A DNA stretch of 63,852 nucleotides, the filler included, from Octopus bimaculoides (Eukaryota), in NCBI RefSeq assembly GCF_001194135.2. It is 5 parts of 5 records of this genome, joined end to end, with 100 filler letters (N's around TTAATTAATTAA, not from the genome) between each part and the next. Parts side by side here need not be neighbours in the genome. Positions count along the whole stretch, not along the records: positions 62,738 to 63,852 come from NW_026308603.1; 4 more parts are not named here. One strand, 5' to 3'. Position 1 is the first letter of the stretch; each line of letters opens with the position of its first letter. Made by a program: the position numbers and the translations under genes. This document shows positions 62,960-63,852 of the stretch, in pieces. The notes beneath the pieces are model-generated. The model saw nothing but the letters and a program-made list of their open reading frames with translations. It searched no databases and had not been told where the DNA came from.

Positions 62960-63125
62960 ACATTCAATTTTTTTTCTCCTTGTTTTCTCCGTATTCTTTC
63001 TGTTGAAGAGCGTAGCTCGAATCGTTAAAGACTCTCTCTATTCCCGAGCGTTAAACTAATACATCCTTTTGTTGTTTACACCACCTGACCTCGTCTGTTG
63101 TTGTTTTTTTCGTAAATTCTCCCAT
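62960..63125 (+). mobile_element. pLTR-like repeat with a decayed minimal hammerhead (62995-63031)
   Basis: UCUUU-CUGUUGA-A-GAGC-GUA-GCUC-GAAUC-GUU-AAAGA: helices I and II pair; core has A6U and an altered GAAA box. Confidence 0.55.
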
Positions 63126-63703
63126 ATAAAAATGTATACACGGAGAGAAGACCACCATGTGGAATTCTTACATGCTGAAAAGGGCAGTCAAAACTGAAAC
63201 CATGCATGCTGACCACTGGTAAATATTTTTTTTTAATAATTCTTATCGTGTATTTATATAGTTAAATATTTCGATTCTTCGGCCAGAATTTATTCGCCGC
63301 TGTACTCTTCTGAGACGGTGCTTGAGGATATTTGATTTGAATTCTTGATGTATAAAGGCGGAACTAAATGCGCATGTGTTTTACTTCGTGCTTTTTCTAG
63401 CAACCCTACTGATGAACCACGGATAGTTAATTAATGAATTGATTGACTAATTAATTGATTTATTTGATCATTAATGGAGAAACTCATGCGTATTATACAT
63501 TTAGATATCCTGCTCGCTTACGAGCTACGTGCTTTAAAGAAAAATCTTTCTTTTCGTGGTTTGGGTTTTGACTGCTCTTTTCAGCATGTAATTCCCTCCA
63601 TGTTGTAATTTTTGTACACTATTATATAGAAATATTTATGCCTTCTGACTTTTATTGCGCAAGCTGACCACTGGTAAAATTATTATTAATAATCTTTACC
63701 CTG

Positions 63704-63744
<41 letters not shown>

Positions 63745-63852
63745 ATCAATTCAAACATGAACAAGCAAGAAAAAATACGAAAAAACATGCAAAAACAACG
63801 CGAGGACGTAGAATAAGTACAGTGTTATTGGACGCTCAGGAAAGGAAAGAAA

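Overview
AT-rich, microsatellite-dense, gap-rich eukaryotic non-coding DNA. The repeat families look like those of an Octopus genome; this is an inference from repeat content. I could not support any intact protein-coding gene, tRNA, rRNA or CRISPR array. Nearly all ORFs in the track are microsatellite or N-gap artefacts, or transposon debris. Recognisable content: many copies of about five tRNA-derived SINE or retroposon-tail families; fragments of Dong/R4-type (RLE), RTE, Tx1/L1 and CR1-like LINEs; two clear Penelope-like element (PLE) relics (RT and/or GIY-YIG); an internally deleted Tc1/mariner with TIRs and TA TSD; a hAT transposase fragment; Helentron-like HINEs; and a possible solo LTR. 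The most striking pattern is a set of unrelated type I hammerhead ribozyme (HHR) motifs. Three have an intact or nearly intact core (9576-9675 minus, 48826-48887 plus, 59559-59659 plus) and several are degenerate. Many have a palindromic helix III and some an unusually long helix II. Three sit in long inverted duplications, one of which (34563-35186) fuses a tRNA-derived head to the ribozyme. Four 100-bp N44-TTAATTAATTAA-N44 blocks are scaffolding spacers, so adjacency across them is not reliable. All structures were paired by eye; nothing was computed or searched.
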